NCBI GenBank assembly: GCA_964016885.1 | Contig: OZ024751.1 | Coordinates: 48,484,001 to 48,548,000, forward strand | Length of the DNA: 64,000 bases | DNA from: Eledone cirrhosa | Taxonomy: Eukaryota | Reading direction: 5' to 3' | Part shown: positions 45,754 through 60,343 of the stretch, piece by piece | How the letters are laid out: every line of letters begins with the position of its first letter | How positions within the stretch are numbered: the stretch's first letter is position 1 | Position numbers and translations under genes: made by a program | The notes under the pieces: model-generated | Seen by the model: only the letters and a program-made list of their open reading frames with translations | Databases searched by the model: none | Told to the model about the DNA's origin: nothing

Positions 45754-45908
45754 GCATATATATATATATATATATGTATATAGATATATATATGTGTGTG
45801 TGCGTGTGTATATATATATATGTGTATATATATATATATATACACATATATTATATATATATATACATATATATATATACACATATGTATATATATATAC
45901 ATACACAC

Positions 45909-45957
<49 letters not shown>

Positions 45958-46166
45958 TATATATACATACATATACATATAAATATATATACACATGCAT
46001 ATATATATATCAACATTCCCCAGCTACACACACACCTGATACAAACTCACTAGAGAGGAGAGAAAATTACAATACCGTATATATCATATTTGCTTTCCTC
46101 TACTTCAAAAGTAACGATATATAAATATATACACACACACATATATATACATACACACACACACAT

Positions 46167-46203
<37 letters not shown>

Positions 46204-46223
46204 TAATATATATATGTATATAT

Positions 46224-46262
<39 letters not shown>

Positions 46263-46272
46263 TATAAATATG

Positions 46273-46401
<129 letters not shown>

Positions 46402-46683
46402 ATATATTTATATGACTACTAGATGTTGTTGAGTATGTAGCCACTTCTAAATCTGTCCATGCTGAAAGCCTGTATGATATTTCAGACATTTTTCTGTCCG
46501 CCATGATAAATCCGAATAAAACATCTTGTTACTGCCACGAATTTGTCTATTACAGAGTGGACACTTTGGGCTATATCATAAATCTATTGTTATGCATGCA
46601 TATACGTATATGTTTACACACACAAACACACACAGATAAAGGCACACACACACACATCCACACACCCACACACATTCACACAA

Positions 46684-46715
<32 letters not shown>

Positions 46716-46829
46716 ATATATATATATATACCAGTGTATATATATATATATATATATTTCAAATAAAGTTCTCGATATGATTCACTTTCTTTTGATAGAT
46801 AATCTTTCGTTGCCTGTAGAACGTAGCAA

Positions 46830-47110
46830 TATATATAGCATACCGTTGAATATAGACTGTACAACACAACACCTTATATATAGCTGAATACCGACTTTAC
46901 AACACAACACCTTAACATATATAGCATACCGTTGAATATAGACTGTACAACAAAACACTTTATTCTGCATTGCTTACCGTTGAATATAGATTGTACAATG
47001 CAACACCTTATGTTATATATTGCATACAGTTGTATTAAGACTGTAGAACATACCTTATCATATATAACATGCCGTTGTATCAGGAATGTACAACACACCT
47101 TATGCTTCAA
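46830..47110. repeat. ~43-bp diverged minisatellite
   Basis: ATACCGTTGAATATAGACTGTACAACACAACACCTTA-like units. Confidence 0.85.
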
Positions 47111-47196
47111 TGCATTGAAGGGTATATACACTTTCTTTTACTTATTAACATGGATAACAAAAATAGTTGCTTTCTATACGAGTATGTGATACTACT

Positions 47197-47490
47197 GTGA
47201 ATACGGGTGGCTGTGTGGTTCGTGTGTTCAGCTCTCGATTTATAAGTTTGTGCGATCGCTGGTCTACATTCTTCCATTGATATCGGAGAGTTATACTCCC
47301 GTGAATACGGATAGCTGTGTGGTTAACATGTTTAGCTCGCGATTTATAAGGTTGTGAGTTCGATATTCTACTTTCTTCCACTGCAATCAGAGAGTTACAC
47401 CCCCGTGGAAAAATGTTGCTGTGTGGTTCCCGCATCCAGCTAACGAATTTGAGGGCATGAGTTCGATTGTCTACTTCTTGTCACTGTTAT
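47197..47490 (+). repeat. three tandem 104-bp tRNA/SINE-head-like units
   Basis: Units start at 47197, 47301 and 47405; each has GCTGTGTGGTT (A-box-like) and two have GAGTTCGAT (B box). Confidence 0.7.
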
Positions 47491-47529
47491 TGGTGGTTAT
47501 AAGTTATAATCGTTCGTTTCGTCTGCCAC

Positions 47530-47737
47530 TATTATAGACGCGACGCTGATCGTTAGATTTGCCGACAGCATTTTTGTGGCATGAAGTTACAGCCTTTTCT
47601 GTCCTGATTTCAAATCCCACAGAGGTTGCCTTCAGGGGTCGATAAAATAAAGTACCAGTAACACATTGGGGTCAATTTGACTGACTTTCCCTTACCTCAT
47701 AATTGTTATCCTTGTACCTAAATAAGAAACTATTATT
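47530..47737 (+). mobile_element. diverged SINE family A
   Basis: GATTTCAAATCCC..GAGGTTGCCTTC..GGGGTCGATAAAATAAAGTACCAG..CCTTGTACC..AGAAAC. Confidence 0.75.
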
Positions 47738-47975
47738 TAAGAGCTTAAGAGCTCTCTTAAATATATATATATATATATATACATAATAAGAACAATCTGT
47801 AAAGAAAAGGAATCAACTCATCAGAGGCTTGATCCATATGTTATAAGAAATAAAAGTTATAATAAACCAATCTGGCATGTAGGTGCAGAGAGCTCTTAAA
47901 TAATAGTTTCTTATTTAGGTACAAGGATAACAATTTTGAGATAGAGGGAAAGTCGGTCAAATTGACCCCAATGTG

Positions 47976-48044
<69 letters not shown>

Positions 48045-48110
48045 GAAGAGAGAAGAAACATTTAGATATAATTAGTAATAAGATGTATCATACCTAAACT
48101 GCTTCTAGAT

Positions 48111-48200
48111 TCCTCGACTACGTAGTTTCGTAGCATAATCAAAAACAATACATCATAGAGATATAGAGCTTTTGTGAGGTCTGCCGACTTATCAAGAGGA
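48111..48200 (-). ncRNA. hammerhead motif, U3-A8 core variant
   Basis: TCCTC-TTGATAA-long stem II-GAAA-CTACGTAG-TC-GAGGA. Confidence 0.8.
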
Positions 48201-48478
48201 TACCTCATTTTACTAGCTTCAAAGAGCACGTCGAGTAATCCTTGAAGTGTAGTGACTGCTGGAAAGCTGCCATTACTCATACTTCTTGCCTCCTTAACCA
48301 CCTCTTCTACGGCCTCGATATAAATACCCCCTCCGCCTCCGTGGTATTTTTTTCAGGGTTATAAGGGGCTTAGCTCTGTTTCTTGACCGTCGTATCACGT
48401 GATTGACTCCCCCTCCGCCTTTTGGGATTCTATCTCACATCTTATAGACGTGCTCTTTGAAGCTAGTAAAATGAGGTA

Positions 48479-48568
48479 TCCTCTTGATAAGTCGGCAGAC
48501 CTCACAAAAGCACTATATCTCTATGATGTATTGTTTTTGATTATGCCACGAAACTACGTAGTCGAGGA
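48479..48568 (+). ncRNA. hammerhead motif, U3-A8 core variant
   Basis: TCCTC-TTGATAA-GTCGGCA..TGCCAC-GAAA-CTACGTAG-TC-GAGGA. Confidence 0.82.
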
Positions 48569-48956
48569 ATCTAGACGCAGTTTAGGTATGATACATCTTA
48601 TTACTAATTATATCTAAATGTTTCTTCTCTCTTCAAAATGTACTTTTGGCTCTGATACTGGTTCAGTCTAATCCATTCGGATTGGTTTGTCCCAGTTATT
48701 CATAGAGCAACATCGGTTAAGGTTGGCACCATTAACTCAAGGATGGATGTGGATATATTCATGTATATGTATGTGTCCGCATGTATCTGTGTGTTTCTCA
48801 ATATATTGTATATATAAATATATATCACGATAAATTAACGGAGGCATAGGCCCTCGCTATTCCCTGTAAATAATGTCCTCAAAGGAGAAGAGATCCTGAG
48901 CTCTTTAAAATAAAATATGTTGAAAAGGTAATACACCAGAGAGAGAGATATACAAT

Positions 48957-49014
<58 letters not shown>

Positions 49015-49091
49015 AGTGGTTACACAACAGTTAGTTCACCATACCGAAAACAAGTGTTTCACCTTAGCGGATCCTCAGCTCGTAATTATTA

Positions 49092-49129
49092 CGAGCTGAG
49101 GATCCGCTAAGGTGAAACACTTGTTTTCG
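49092..49129 (+). ncRNA. minimal hammerhead motif (mirror copy 49045-49082 on the minus strand)
   Basis: CGAG-CTGAGGA-T.CC-GCTAA-GG.T-GAAA-CACTTG-TT-TTCG. Confidence 0.7.
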
Positions 49130-49234
49130 GTATGGTGAACTAACTGTTGTGTAACCACTTCTACCTAACTCGTCCCATGGACTGAGTGCTCTACCACTAC
49201 GGATACTACCTTCCAGTGTTCTATCACTATATAT

Positions 49235-49440
49235 ATAGGAACAAGTTAGACCCCGACGGCTGAGCTAAAGCCGTTTCGACGGCTAATTCTAGTCCAGAAT
49301 TCTAGTCCAGAATTAGCCGTCGAAACGGCTTGAGCTCAGCCGTCGGGGTCTAATTCGTTCCTATTACCCACTCTACTACCCCAAGTATTGAGTACTTTGG
49401 TGCGTTATGGTCCACTTGGTTCCTTACCACATTTCCTTCG

Positions 49441-49442
<2 letters not shown>
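49235..49442 (+). mobile_element. palindromic half-HHR element family P
   Basis: Palindrome 49235-49364 plus tail to (TA)n. Confidence 0.85.
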
Positions 49443-49482
<40 letters not shown>

Positions 49483-49527
49483 TCATGTATTTTCTTTTCT
49501 TTTCTTGCCTGTGTATTTTCTTCATTC

Positions 49528-49646
49528 TCGCATGCTCCGAAGATCTGACTGGTTATAATTCTGTATTGGCCACCGAGTAACGCAAAATTAAGCGGATAGC
49601 GATCTCTAGACATACCAGTTCAGTGAAACAAATGTAAGCTATGTGA
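49528..49646 (+). ncRNA. type I hammerhead motif, CCGAAGA core, ~80-nt stem II
   Basis: TCGCAT-GCT-CCGAAGA-T.CTGACTGGT..ACCAGTTCAG.T-GAAA-CAAATG-TA-AGC-T-ATGTGA. Confidence 0.75.
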
Positions 49647-50102
49647 TTAAAAACTTTTTTGTATAGCAAACCATGTAAACCTTCTTTCCTGATTTATTAT
49701 TACTCCAAGTGTTTACAACATAGGAATTACGGCATACCCGCAGCATCACTATGAAAACGCCTTGTTGAGTCAAACCAAGCCAAGCGTTAATATCATCCAC
49801 TACCTGGAATACCATAACTGGACTTCACCTAAGTGGACTGCATTTAACTATTATTTGTTAATCCGTATATATATATATATATATATATATATGTGCATAC
49901 ATATATACGTATATATATATATGAAATAGTGTAATAATTTCATATATATATGTGTCTTACATAATTTCATATATAAATATAAGACATAAATATATGTATT
50001 GAAAAGGAAAACAGAAATAACAACACAATCGGTACAGTATATGGAATGAATATTATATATATATATATATATATATATTTTTTCGAAGGGTGAGAGCAGC
50101 GG

Positions 50103-50164
<62 letters not shown>

Positions 50165-50234
50165 ATAATATATATATATATATATGCGAATGTCTTCAGT
50201 AAAATATATATTTTGATTATAATCAAAATATATG

Positions 50235-50296
50235 TTTTATTATATATATTTAGAAGGTACTGTGCTGTTTTATCAGTACGTCCTCGTCAGATAAAA
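50235..50296 (-). ncRNA. hammerhead motif of the 20011 family, G12 mutated (likely inactive)
   Basis: TTTTAT-CTGACGA-GGACGTACTG..CAGTACCTTC-TAAA-TATATA-TA-ATAAAA. Confidence 0.7.
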
Positions 50297-50705
50297 TGCA
50301 TGAATTGATGTATGAAATACCTCAACTGTCTTGATGGTTCAGTTCCAGTATTGGCAGGGATTTATTACAACAAATCTCAAGATTTATATACCATAAATAA
50401 TAACATGATAAACTTAAATATTATGAAGAGGATGTTGAGCGAGATATAGGTATAAGGAGGGGGTGAGTATGAGAAAATGCAAGAAGAAATAAATAAACAC
50501 ATACATACATAAATATTTAAATGCGTAAATAAAACGTGTTAGGGAAGAAAAAGAGAGAGAGAGGGGAAGAGAGAGATAGAAGAGAAGAAAGAAGAGAAGA
50601 GAGAAGAAGGAGAGAGAGATAGAAGAGAGAAGAAGAAAGACGTAACTGCAAAAAGGAAAAACTCCATTGTAGAGTGCTTTTAATCTATTGTAAAACTATA
50701 TTCAT

Positions 50706-51138
50706 ATAAAACGAAAAATCAGTGATGCATCTGGACTTAGTTTATTTCGTGTTACAAATGTTTCGCCGGCATGTAGCTCGAGTCATGGTCCTTGTATGGA
50801 TCTGGCTGATTCTGCTTCTGCGGGTTCTTTTAGGCACGGGTGTTTCGTCCGGAGCAAATTTTATCAAATGTGAGCAAATTTTATCAAATGTGATAAAATT
50901 TGCTCCGGACGAACCACGCGTGCCTGAAAGAAGCCACAGAAGTAGAATCATCCAGATCCATACAAGGACCATGACTCGAGCTACATGCCAGCGAAACATT
51001 TGTAACACGAAATAAACTAAGTCCAGATGCATCACTGATTTTTCGTTTTATTTATAATATCTACACTCTACTCTGATGAATATCGAGTGCTAATTTTGGC
51101 ATACCGCCTATGGAAGCACCATAGCTACCACTATACAC

Positions 51139-51141
<3 letters not shown>
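50706..51141 (+). mobile_element. 346-bp palindrome (50706-51051) plus 3' tail ending in (TA)n
   Basis: Arms are reverse complements with scattered mismatches (mirror ORFs 50722+ and 50742-). Confidence 0.88.
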
Positions 51142-51180
<39 letters not shown>

Positions 51181-51185
<5 letters not shown>

Positions 51186-51540
51186 TATTGAAATTTGCTT
51201 GGAGCATTGTGGAACAATAAGTATATATCTTTAAGTCGTTTGGAAGCCTCAACAATGCAAATGGGTAAATCTCCGGGTAACAAGGTCCGGTGGTGGAGAG
51301 AGAGATGTAAGTGGGTGTACGTTGAGATGCGTGTTGTGTATAAGATGTGTGAGATGTGTAGAATGAAGGGAAGAGTATAAAGGATGTGTAGAATGAAGGG
51401 AAGAGTATAAAGGATAAAAGAGATTTAATAGTCCCTATATATTTCGGATTCACATCCATCAACTGGGGTTTTTTCCGGGGTGGGGGAAAAGGTTGTCTGT
51501 CGGACAAGTCCGGAATGCGTCCTTCGCTGTTTGCTGTTTT
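51181..51540 (-). mobile_element. second copy of the 19596-19932 element
   Basis: Shared CCATTTGCATTGTTGAGGCTTCCAAA..TTCCACAATGCT..TTCAATACTC tail and HHR-like fold at 51433-51468. Confidence 0.75.
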
Positions 51541-51837
51541 GAATATATATATATATATATATATATTTACATATAAATATATAACAATGACTATATACAC
51601 ACACATGTATACAAAAGTGTATATATATGATACATGTTTTGTTTGTAACTCGTTTTAAACACATGTATATATATATGTATGCACATATAATTCAATATAA
51701 GCGATTTCGATTTAGGAACCTCAAATCTGTCTTAACTTCTCATAAACATGTCTACATGTATTCACAAATACTCACATACACAAAATTACACACATTCACA
51801 TATACATATAGCCATACATATATGTATATGTATTACG

Positions 51838-51891
<54 letters not shown>

Positions 51892-52110
51892 TATATGTAT
51901 GTATACACACACACACACACAGACACACACATATATATATATATCAAGCGTAAACCTAATAATATATTCCTTCATTGTACTGTGTCGTCTGCTTTGTTAT
52001 TTTTGTTTGTCTTTCGCATAAACATACATCACACACACACACACACGCACACATATATATAAATATATATATATATATATGCCTAAGGAATAAATAGTCT
52101 ATCTCATAAG

Positions 52111-52146
<36 letters not shown>

Positions 52147-52769
52147 CTATTCCGAAGGTCAGGATGGTTAATCCTATATAAACAATCAAATGTTTGACAA
52201 TTGAAATGCCAAACTATTTTATTTCTAGTTTTATTTTTTCCCTCTTTATTTTTCTTTATCTGTAATTTAAATTTGTAAAATATATTTTGTTGTTGGTGAT
52301 TTCCCTATTTTGTTTGTTTGTTATTGTTGACTTTTTTTTATTTTGTTTTGTTCCTAGTTTTGTTGTCGTTGATTTTGCTGCTATTGTTGTCTGTGTTTTG
52401 GTTGTTGTTGTGTTTTGGTTGTTGTTGTTGTCTGTGTTTTAGTTGTTGTTGTGTTTTGGTTGTTTTGGTTGTTGTTGTTGTCTGTGTTTAGTTGTTGTGT
52501 TTCGGTTGTCGTTGTTATTGTTGTGTGTTTTAGTTGTTGTTGTAGTCGTTGGTTGTTGTTTCTGGTGTTGTTGTTGTTATTGTCTGTATTTTGGTTGTCG
52601 TTGTTGTCTGTCATGTTGTTGTATTGTAATCGACTACGTTGTTGCTGTTGTTTTTATTGTTGTCTTTGTTGTTGTTGTAATTATTGTTCTTGTTGTCTTT
52701 GCTGTTGTTGTAGATTTTGTTGTAGTGTTTGTTATTGTCTTTGCTATTCTTCTCATTGTTGCTGTTGGA

Positions 52770-53260
52770 GAGTCCGAACTCTCCCCCAATCCCATTCTGT
52801 ATATCAATTAACACCAAACTCTCCCACTCTCTACACGAACCATACAAAACTCTCTCCCAATATCAATTAATATCAAACTCTATATCAATTAATATCAAAC
52901 TCTTCCCCCTCTCTATATCTACTACACGGAATTCTCTTCTAATCCCCCTCTCTACATCAATTAACACCAAACTCTCCCCCTCTCTATATATACTACATGG
53001 AACTCTCTTCCAATCACCCTCTTTATATCAATTAACATCAACCTCTTCCCTCTCTCTATCAATTAACACCAAACTCTCCCCCTCTCTATATATACTACAC
53101 GGAACTCTCTTACAATCTCCCACTCTATATCAATTAACATGAAACTCTTTCCCCTCTCTATATATACTACATGGAACTCTCCCCCAATCCTCCTCTCTTT
53201 ATCAATAAACACCAATCTCTCCCCCTTCTCTGTATCAAATGTACAACGCACTCTCCCTTT
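52770..53260. repeat. ~30-bp pyrimidine-rich minisatellite (also at 55060-55270)
   Basis: AACTCTCCCCCTCTCTATATCAATTAACACCA-like units. Confidence 0.85.
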
Positions 53261-53658
53261 TTTTAAATAAGGTGAGGATGGTGATTTTGAAACCCCTGCT
53301 TTTAAAAAACAAAATCCGTCAAAGTGTGGTGGAACTCAGGGAGGTTGACGGCCATCCAACGAAATATCGTTTTTAGAGAGAACCCCTAGTCTTCATTAAG
53401 ACATCTCTCTAGAAGAAGGGCATTCTGTTATAAAAGATACGACATCGTTTGCATCGAATGATGTAGACCAGTTCTACCTTTTGGTTAATAGACATTCGAA
53501 GTTCAGAGTGTGTATGTATGTATAATATGCATGTTTATGTGAGTACAGTATGTGTATGTATATGTGTTTGTTCTTTTACTGTTTTAATGTCATATTTCTT
53601 TAGAAAATAAGTTCTACGAGTATTTTATATAGAAACGCATAATTTCTTACATATGCAA

Positions 53659-53750
<92 letters not shown>

Positions 53751-53775
53751 TGTATGTATATATGTGTATATATAG

Positions 53776-53819
<44 letters not shown>

Positions 53820-53844
53820 TGTATGTATATATGTGTATATATAG

Positions 53845-53915
<71 letters not shown>

Positions 53916-54063
53916 TATATGTGTATGTATACATATATGTATATATATATATATATGTATGTTTATATATATATATGTTTATATATATATGTATATATAT
54001 ATATAAACATATATATATATATATATATATATAAACATATATATATATATATATATATATATA

Positions 54064-54109
<46 letters not shown>

Positions 54110-54620
54110 GTATACACACACACATATATATATATATATACGTATATATATTCCCTCAACCATATTCTTCGGACGTAATACTTACATACCAGTACACAAG
54201 AATAGTTTTTATATTTTTTATTTCAAAGATAAAAACATAATAGCTTACAAGCTGATCTTTTATAAACCATTTTTTTTCTCCTTACCACAAAAAAAACTGA
54301 AAGACTAATCTATTTTTTTTCTGCTGGCCTGTTGTTATCACAGACTATCACGTGACTCCATTGCTCTGCTTTGAAGTGACATTATTTGGCAGGCAGTCTG
54401 TCTAGTTAAAGAAATCCTCAGTAAGACGTCAGAGTCTCTAAATTTAAGTTCGTGTCATTATTTTGCAAGAAATTGTTATTTTTTTCTCCCCCTCTATCTC
54501 CCCTTTTTACACAATTCTATTTAAATAACAAAGAATCTTAAATTTGATCTTGTTTCTTTCTTTCTCATCTTGTTCTCTCACTCTCGTTCCAAACACACAT
54601 GTACGCGCGCACACACATGT

Positions 54621-54687
<67 letters not shown>

Positions 54688-54989
54688 TTGAGAGATTGAG
54701 AGATTGAGAGAGAGAGAGAAAGTCGGGGCCCGACGGCTGAGGTTTTGCCGTTCGACACTCTATCATACTAAGTATAGAGTCCTCAGCTGAATAATGGTTT
54801 TACTTGCTTAAAACTCAAAATCCTGATCTAAAGAGATAGACAGATAAATAGACAGGCAGATAGACAGGCAGATAGACAGACAGATAAATAGATAGATATG
54901 TAGATAGATATATAATAGTTGATAAAATCAGGTAAAATACTTCTGGAGACGAAGATAGAGACACATAGAGAGACTATATTTCCACCTCC

Positions 54990-55050
<61 letters not shown>

Positions 55051-55802
55051 CCCGCTGGAATTCTACTCCTCTCTATATCAACTACGCAGAACTCTCCCCT
55101 TCTCTATATCTACTATTCGGAACTCACTACCTATCTACCTCTCTATATATCACTTAACACCAAACTCTCCCCCTCTCTATATCTACTATAGCAAATTCTC
55201 TCCCATCCCCCTCTATATATCAAACAACACAAGGCTCTCCCCCTCTCTATATCTATATCTATCTCTCCCCTCTGTTTTTCATTACATGTACGTGAATTGT
55301 AGCGCATACAATTTTACAAATAGATGTGTGTTTTGGTATTTTGGGGAGAAAAATATAATTATTGCGGGGTCCATGGCCCCCTGCCCCCCTCCTCCAATTC
55401 TCCCGTCTCTGGATTAGACAGACATTGATCGAATATTGAATATGCCAGTTATTTTTGGTCATCATTCATGTTTGTTATTATCCTGTTGACCAGTCGAGAC
55501 CCTATAATGACCACAGCCCTGTTTATAATGGTCAATGCTATGTTTATAAAGGTAACTTGCTCTGTTCTTCAGGATATTCCTCACCGGAAGATAAAAAGGA
55601 AAGAAATAAAAAAAAGATTTACCGTAAGGGAATTTTCCGCCTAATTTGTTCCTTGCTACAAAGGTGGCTTTCCGGAAAATCATTATATTAAGAGTATACG
55701 CACACAAACACACACATATATATAAATATATATATATATACACATATATATACACACACATACAGACGTACACACACACACCCACACACACACACACACA
55801 CA

Positions 55803-56002
55803 NNNNNNNNNNNNNNNNNNNNNNNNNNNNNNNNNNNNNNNNNNNNNNNNNNNNNNNNNNNNNNNNNNNNNNNNNNNNNNNNNNNNNNNNNNNNNNNNNN
55901 NNNNNNNNNNNNNNNNNNNNNNNNNNNNNNNNNNNNNNNNNNNNNNNNNNNNNNNNNNNNNNNNNNNNNNNNNNNNNNNNNNNNNNNNNNNNNNNNNNNN
56001 NN
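55803..56002. other. assembly gap (200 N)
   Basis: Run of N. Confidence 1.
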
Positions 56003-56237
56003 TGTGTGGGTACGTGTGCGTGGGGTTGGGGGGTGTTAGTGATGTTAGTTGCGTGTGGGGTGGGTGGTGTAAGTGGGTGCGTGTGTTCGTGTGTTTGGGG
56101 TCAGGGGGTATTAGTGAGGTTAGTTGCGGGGTGGTGGGATGGATGTGTGGGGGTGAGAGGTGTGGGGGTGAGGGTTAGTGGTATATATATACACAGGGTT
56201 AGTGGTATATATATATATACACAACCTTAATGAGGTA

Positions 56238-56331
56238 TCCTCTTGATAAGTCGGCAGAACCTCATAAAAACTCTATATCTCTATGATGTAGTGTTTTTGC
56301 ATAATATGCCACGAAACTACGTAGTCGGGAA
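56238..56331 (+). ncRNA. third U3-A8 hammerhead motif, in a separate insertion (56229-56400)
   Basis: TCCTC-TTGATAA-GTCGGCA..TGCCAC-GAAA-CTACGTAG-TC-GGGA; body homologous to 48470-48635. Confidence 0.78.
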
Positions 56332-56767
56332 CTACAGAAGCAGCTTAGGTATGATATATCTTATTACTAATTATATCTAATGTTTCTTCTCTCTTCATAA
56401 TGTGTTATATATATATTTATACTGTTTAAGATAATATGAGTGTTAAACTTTCCGATTGTTGAGAGCAGGGGAGATAAAAAGATGAGTAGGGTAATGGGGT
56501 AGGTAGATAGAAGATATATAGAGATAGATAAATAGAGAGAGAGCAGGGGGGAGGGAGAAAGTGTGCGAGTTTCTCTGAGGGTGAGACAGATTGCCTTACC
56601 TTACTGGGTATTGAAGACTACAGTGTATGTATACAATTAGACTGTTTCTATGGGTTTTTCCTTTGCTGATATTATCTGCGTATCACACCTCATGGCAGAG
56701 ACCTATCTACAAACCCAGGAATAAATAAACAACTAGATATGTATGTAAACATGTGATTGGAATCAGT

Positions 56768-56920
56768 GGACGAAGCATGGCCCTATGGTTAAAAATGTTC
56801 GCTTTGTAATCTTTAGTTCCTGGGTTCAATCCCACCGTATACCATCTCGGGTAAATGTCATTTAGAATAACCTCAGGTTGACCCACGCTTTGAAATTGGG
56901 GGGACGGAAGCTGTTTCAAA
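56768..56920 (+). mobile_element. tRNA-derived SINE family B, diverged
   Basis: A box TGGCCCTATGG, B box GGTTCAATCCC, then CTCGGGTAAATGTC..GACGGAAGCTG. Confidence 0.65.
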
Positions 56921-58574
56921 TCGCGTTATATGGACTCTGCCTGTAATCTTTAAAGCAAAATGTAAGAAAATATTTGTAGTTGTACCTGTTTGACAAATGA
57001 CTTGATCTGAAAGCATGAGTTGAAACTCAATTATAAATCCTTTTAGTCATTCAACAACACATAAGCATTGTTTTCTTTATATTTCATCATTTATTTCTTG
57101 ATGTCAACATTTTCCTTGCGTTCTGTGCTAGCTGATATCCGCCATATTTGCAAGAAATATACGATCAACGTTTATTTTTCCAGGGTTGATAAGATAAAAG
57201 TATACAGGTAAATACCAGTGAAATACTGGAGTTGATATGATTAACTGTTCCTTTCTCCAACTAACATTTCTGTCTTCTCAGAAATCTTGTTAGAAATATT
57301 AGAAATCTGTATTATAATTTATACAAATGGTTCATCGAGGATAACAAAACAGGAAATAAAAAAGACACACAGACACACACACACACACACACGCACACAC
57401 ACATATATATATATAAACAAAAAGAGAAAAAAAAACGTCTCGATTTCAAACATGAAATAATTTAAACAGGAAATGTGTATTAAGAATTCTCGAAATAGAA
57501 GACTTTTTGATTAGATGTTCTTTTTCTAATTTCTTTTTAATAATAATTCCGACTTCATGCAGAACCACTTAAAAAATCTTAATAATTCTATTACAAATTG
57601 AAACAAACATTAGAAAAAAAAAATATAAATGGAAGAATTACTAGTTAATGAATGAATTATTAAAATATAATATATATAAAAATAAAAATAAATATAAATG
57701 CAGAATCGTATTTCAACTCAATGACTCTGGAATATTAGTAGTTATGTTAAGAGAGTGAGAAAGTACACAATACAAAAATAAAATAGAATATGAAAACAGA
57801 TTTTAAAAAAAATATCATCAAAATAAAAAAAATTACAAGCCCAATATTTTGCTAAAATTAATAGAAATTATAACGACGATTATATCAAAGGAATTATGAT
57901 ATCTTCATTAGTGTTTCATTAACGCTCAACACAGCAAATAATAGCAACAAAAAGGAAAAGAAAAATAATAAGAATAAAGAAGAATTCTTTATGGGCCTAG
58001 CGAAGCGGCATCTATGTTGTTGCAGAAGCTAGAAGTGGCAGTGAATCATCACTTGAATCACACTCTACATATCATAGAGATAAAGATAAATAAATAAACA
58101 GAGAAATATATAAATGAAATAGAACAACACACAGGAAAATGGAGTCTTAGTTCATAATTTGTTTATTGTTGTGATAAAAAAAAAATGGCGGTTAAGAATT
58201 AGTGGATCTCGCGATGTGATAGCTTGTTTGATGGTTGCATCCCGTAGCTGCTTTTAAGAGAGAAGAGTGTGGGATGCAGTATTAGAGAGAGGGTAAGAGG
58301 GAGTAAAGGAAAGAGTGAGAGAGATAGAGAGTGTATAGGCGAGAGAGAGAGAGAGAGAGGAAAAGAGAGAAGGAGAGAAAATAGAGAGAAAAAAGAGAGG
58401 CGGATTGCAGATAGAGTAAGAGGGAAAGGATAGAGGAAAGGTGATTGGAGGGGAAAGAAAGAAAGAGCAGGGAGATGAGAAAGGGGAAGGAGAGGGGAGA
58501 TAGAGAGAGAAAAGGGAGAGGGAGAGGGAGAGGGAGAGAAAAGGGAAAATCTGTCCCAAAATACCCTTACCACT

Positions 58575-59750
<1,176 letters not shown>

Positions 59751-59984
59751 AATAGTAAAAAACAAACCATAATCATAATAAATCTTATATGAGTGTTTAA
59801 ATTTGAATGGAGATTCATCTTGGCATGTAATTGAATGTTTAAATCCCAGCGAGAATCACACTGACCAACTCTCATTTAATATTCTACACATCTTTTGATA
59901 TAGATCTAAAAATATATATACTGTGTAGCCAGTATGTATATGTATATCTATATATGTACATATGTATATGTATATGTATATGTG

Positions 59985-60111
<127 letters not shown>

Positions 60112-60166
60112 GTGTGTATTATAGATATATAAAAAATAAATAATAGATAAAATATATATATATATG

Positions 60167-60199
<33 letters not shown>

Positions 60200-60222
60200 G
60201 GAATCTGAAAATATATATACTG

Positions 60223-60267
<45 letters not shown>

Positions 60268-60281
60268 CTATCTATATATAT

Positions 60282-60343
<62 letters not shown>

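Noticed and set aside
47817-47824. Isolated CTGATGA words (also 51073, 58923, 63192, 63671)
   Set aside because: No properly placed GAAA, stem I or stem II
50722-51035. Two mirror 97-aa ORFs (also 48062 and 48399)
   Set aside because: A by-product of the DNA palindrome; no protein motif recognised
55455-55691. Short unique ORFs with a possible GTAACT donor
   Set aside because: No recognisable homology or convincing acceptor; cannot be supported
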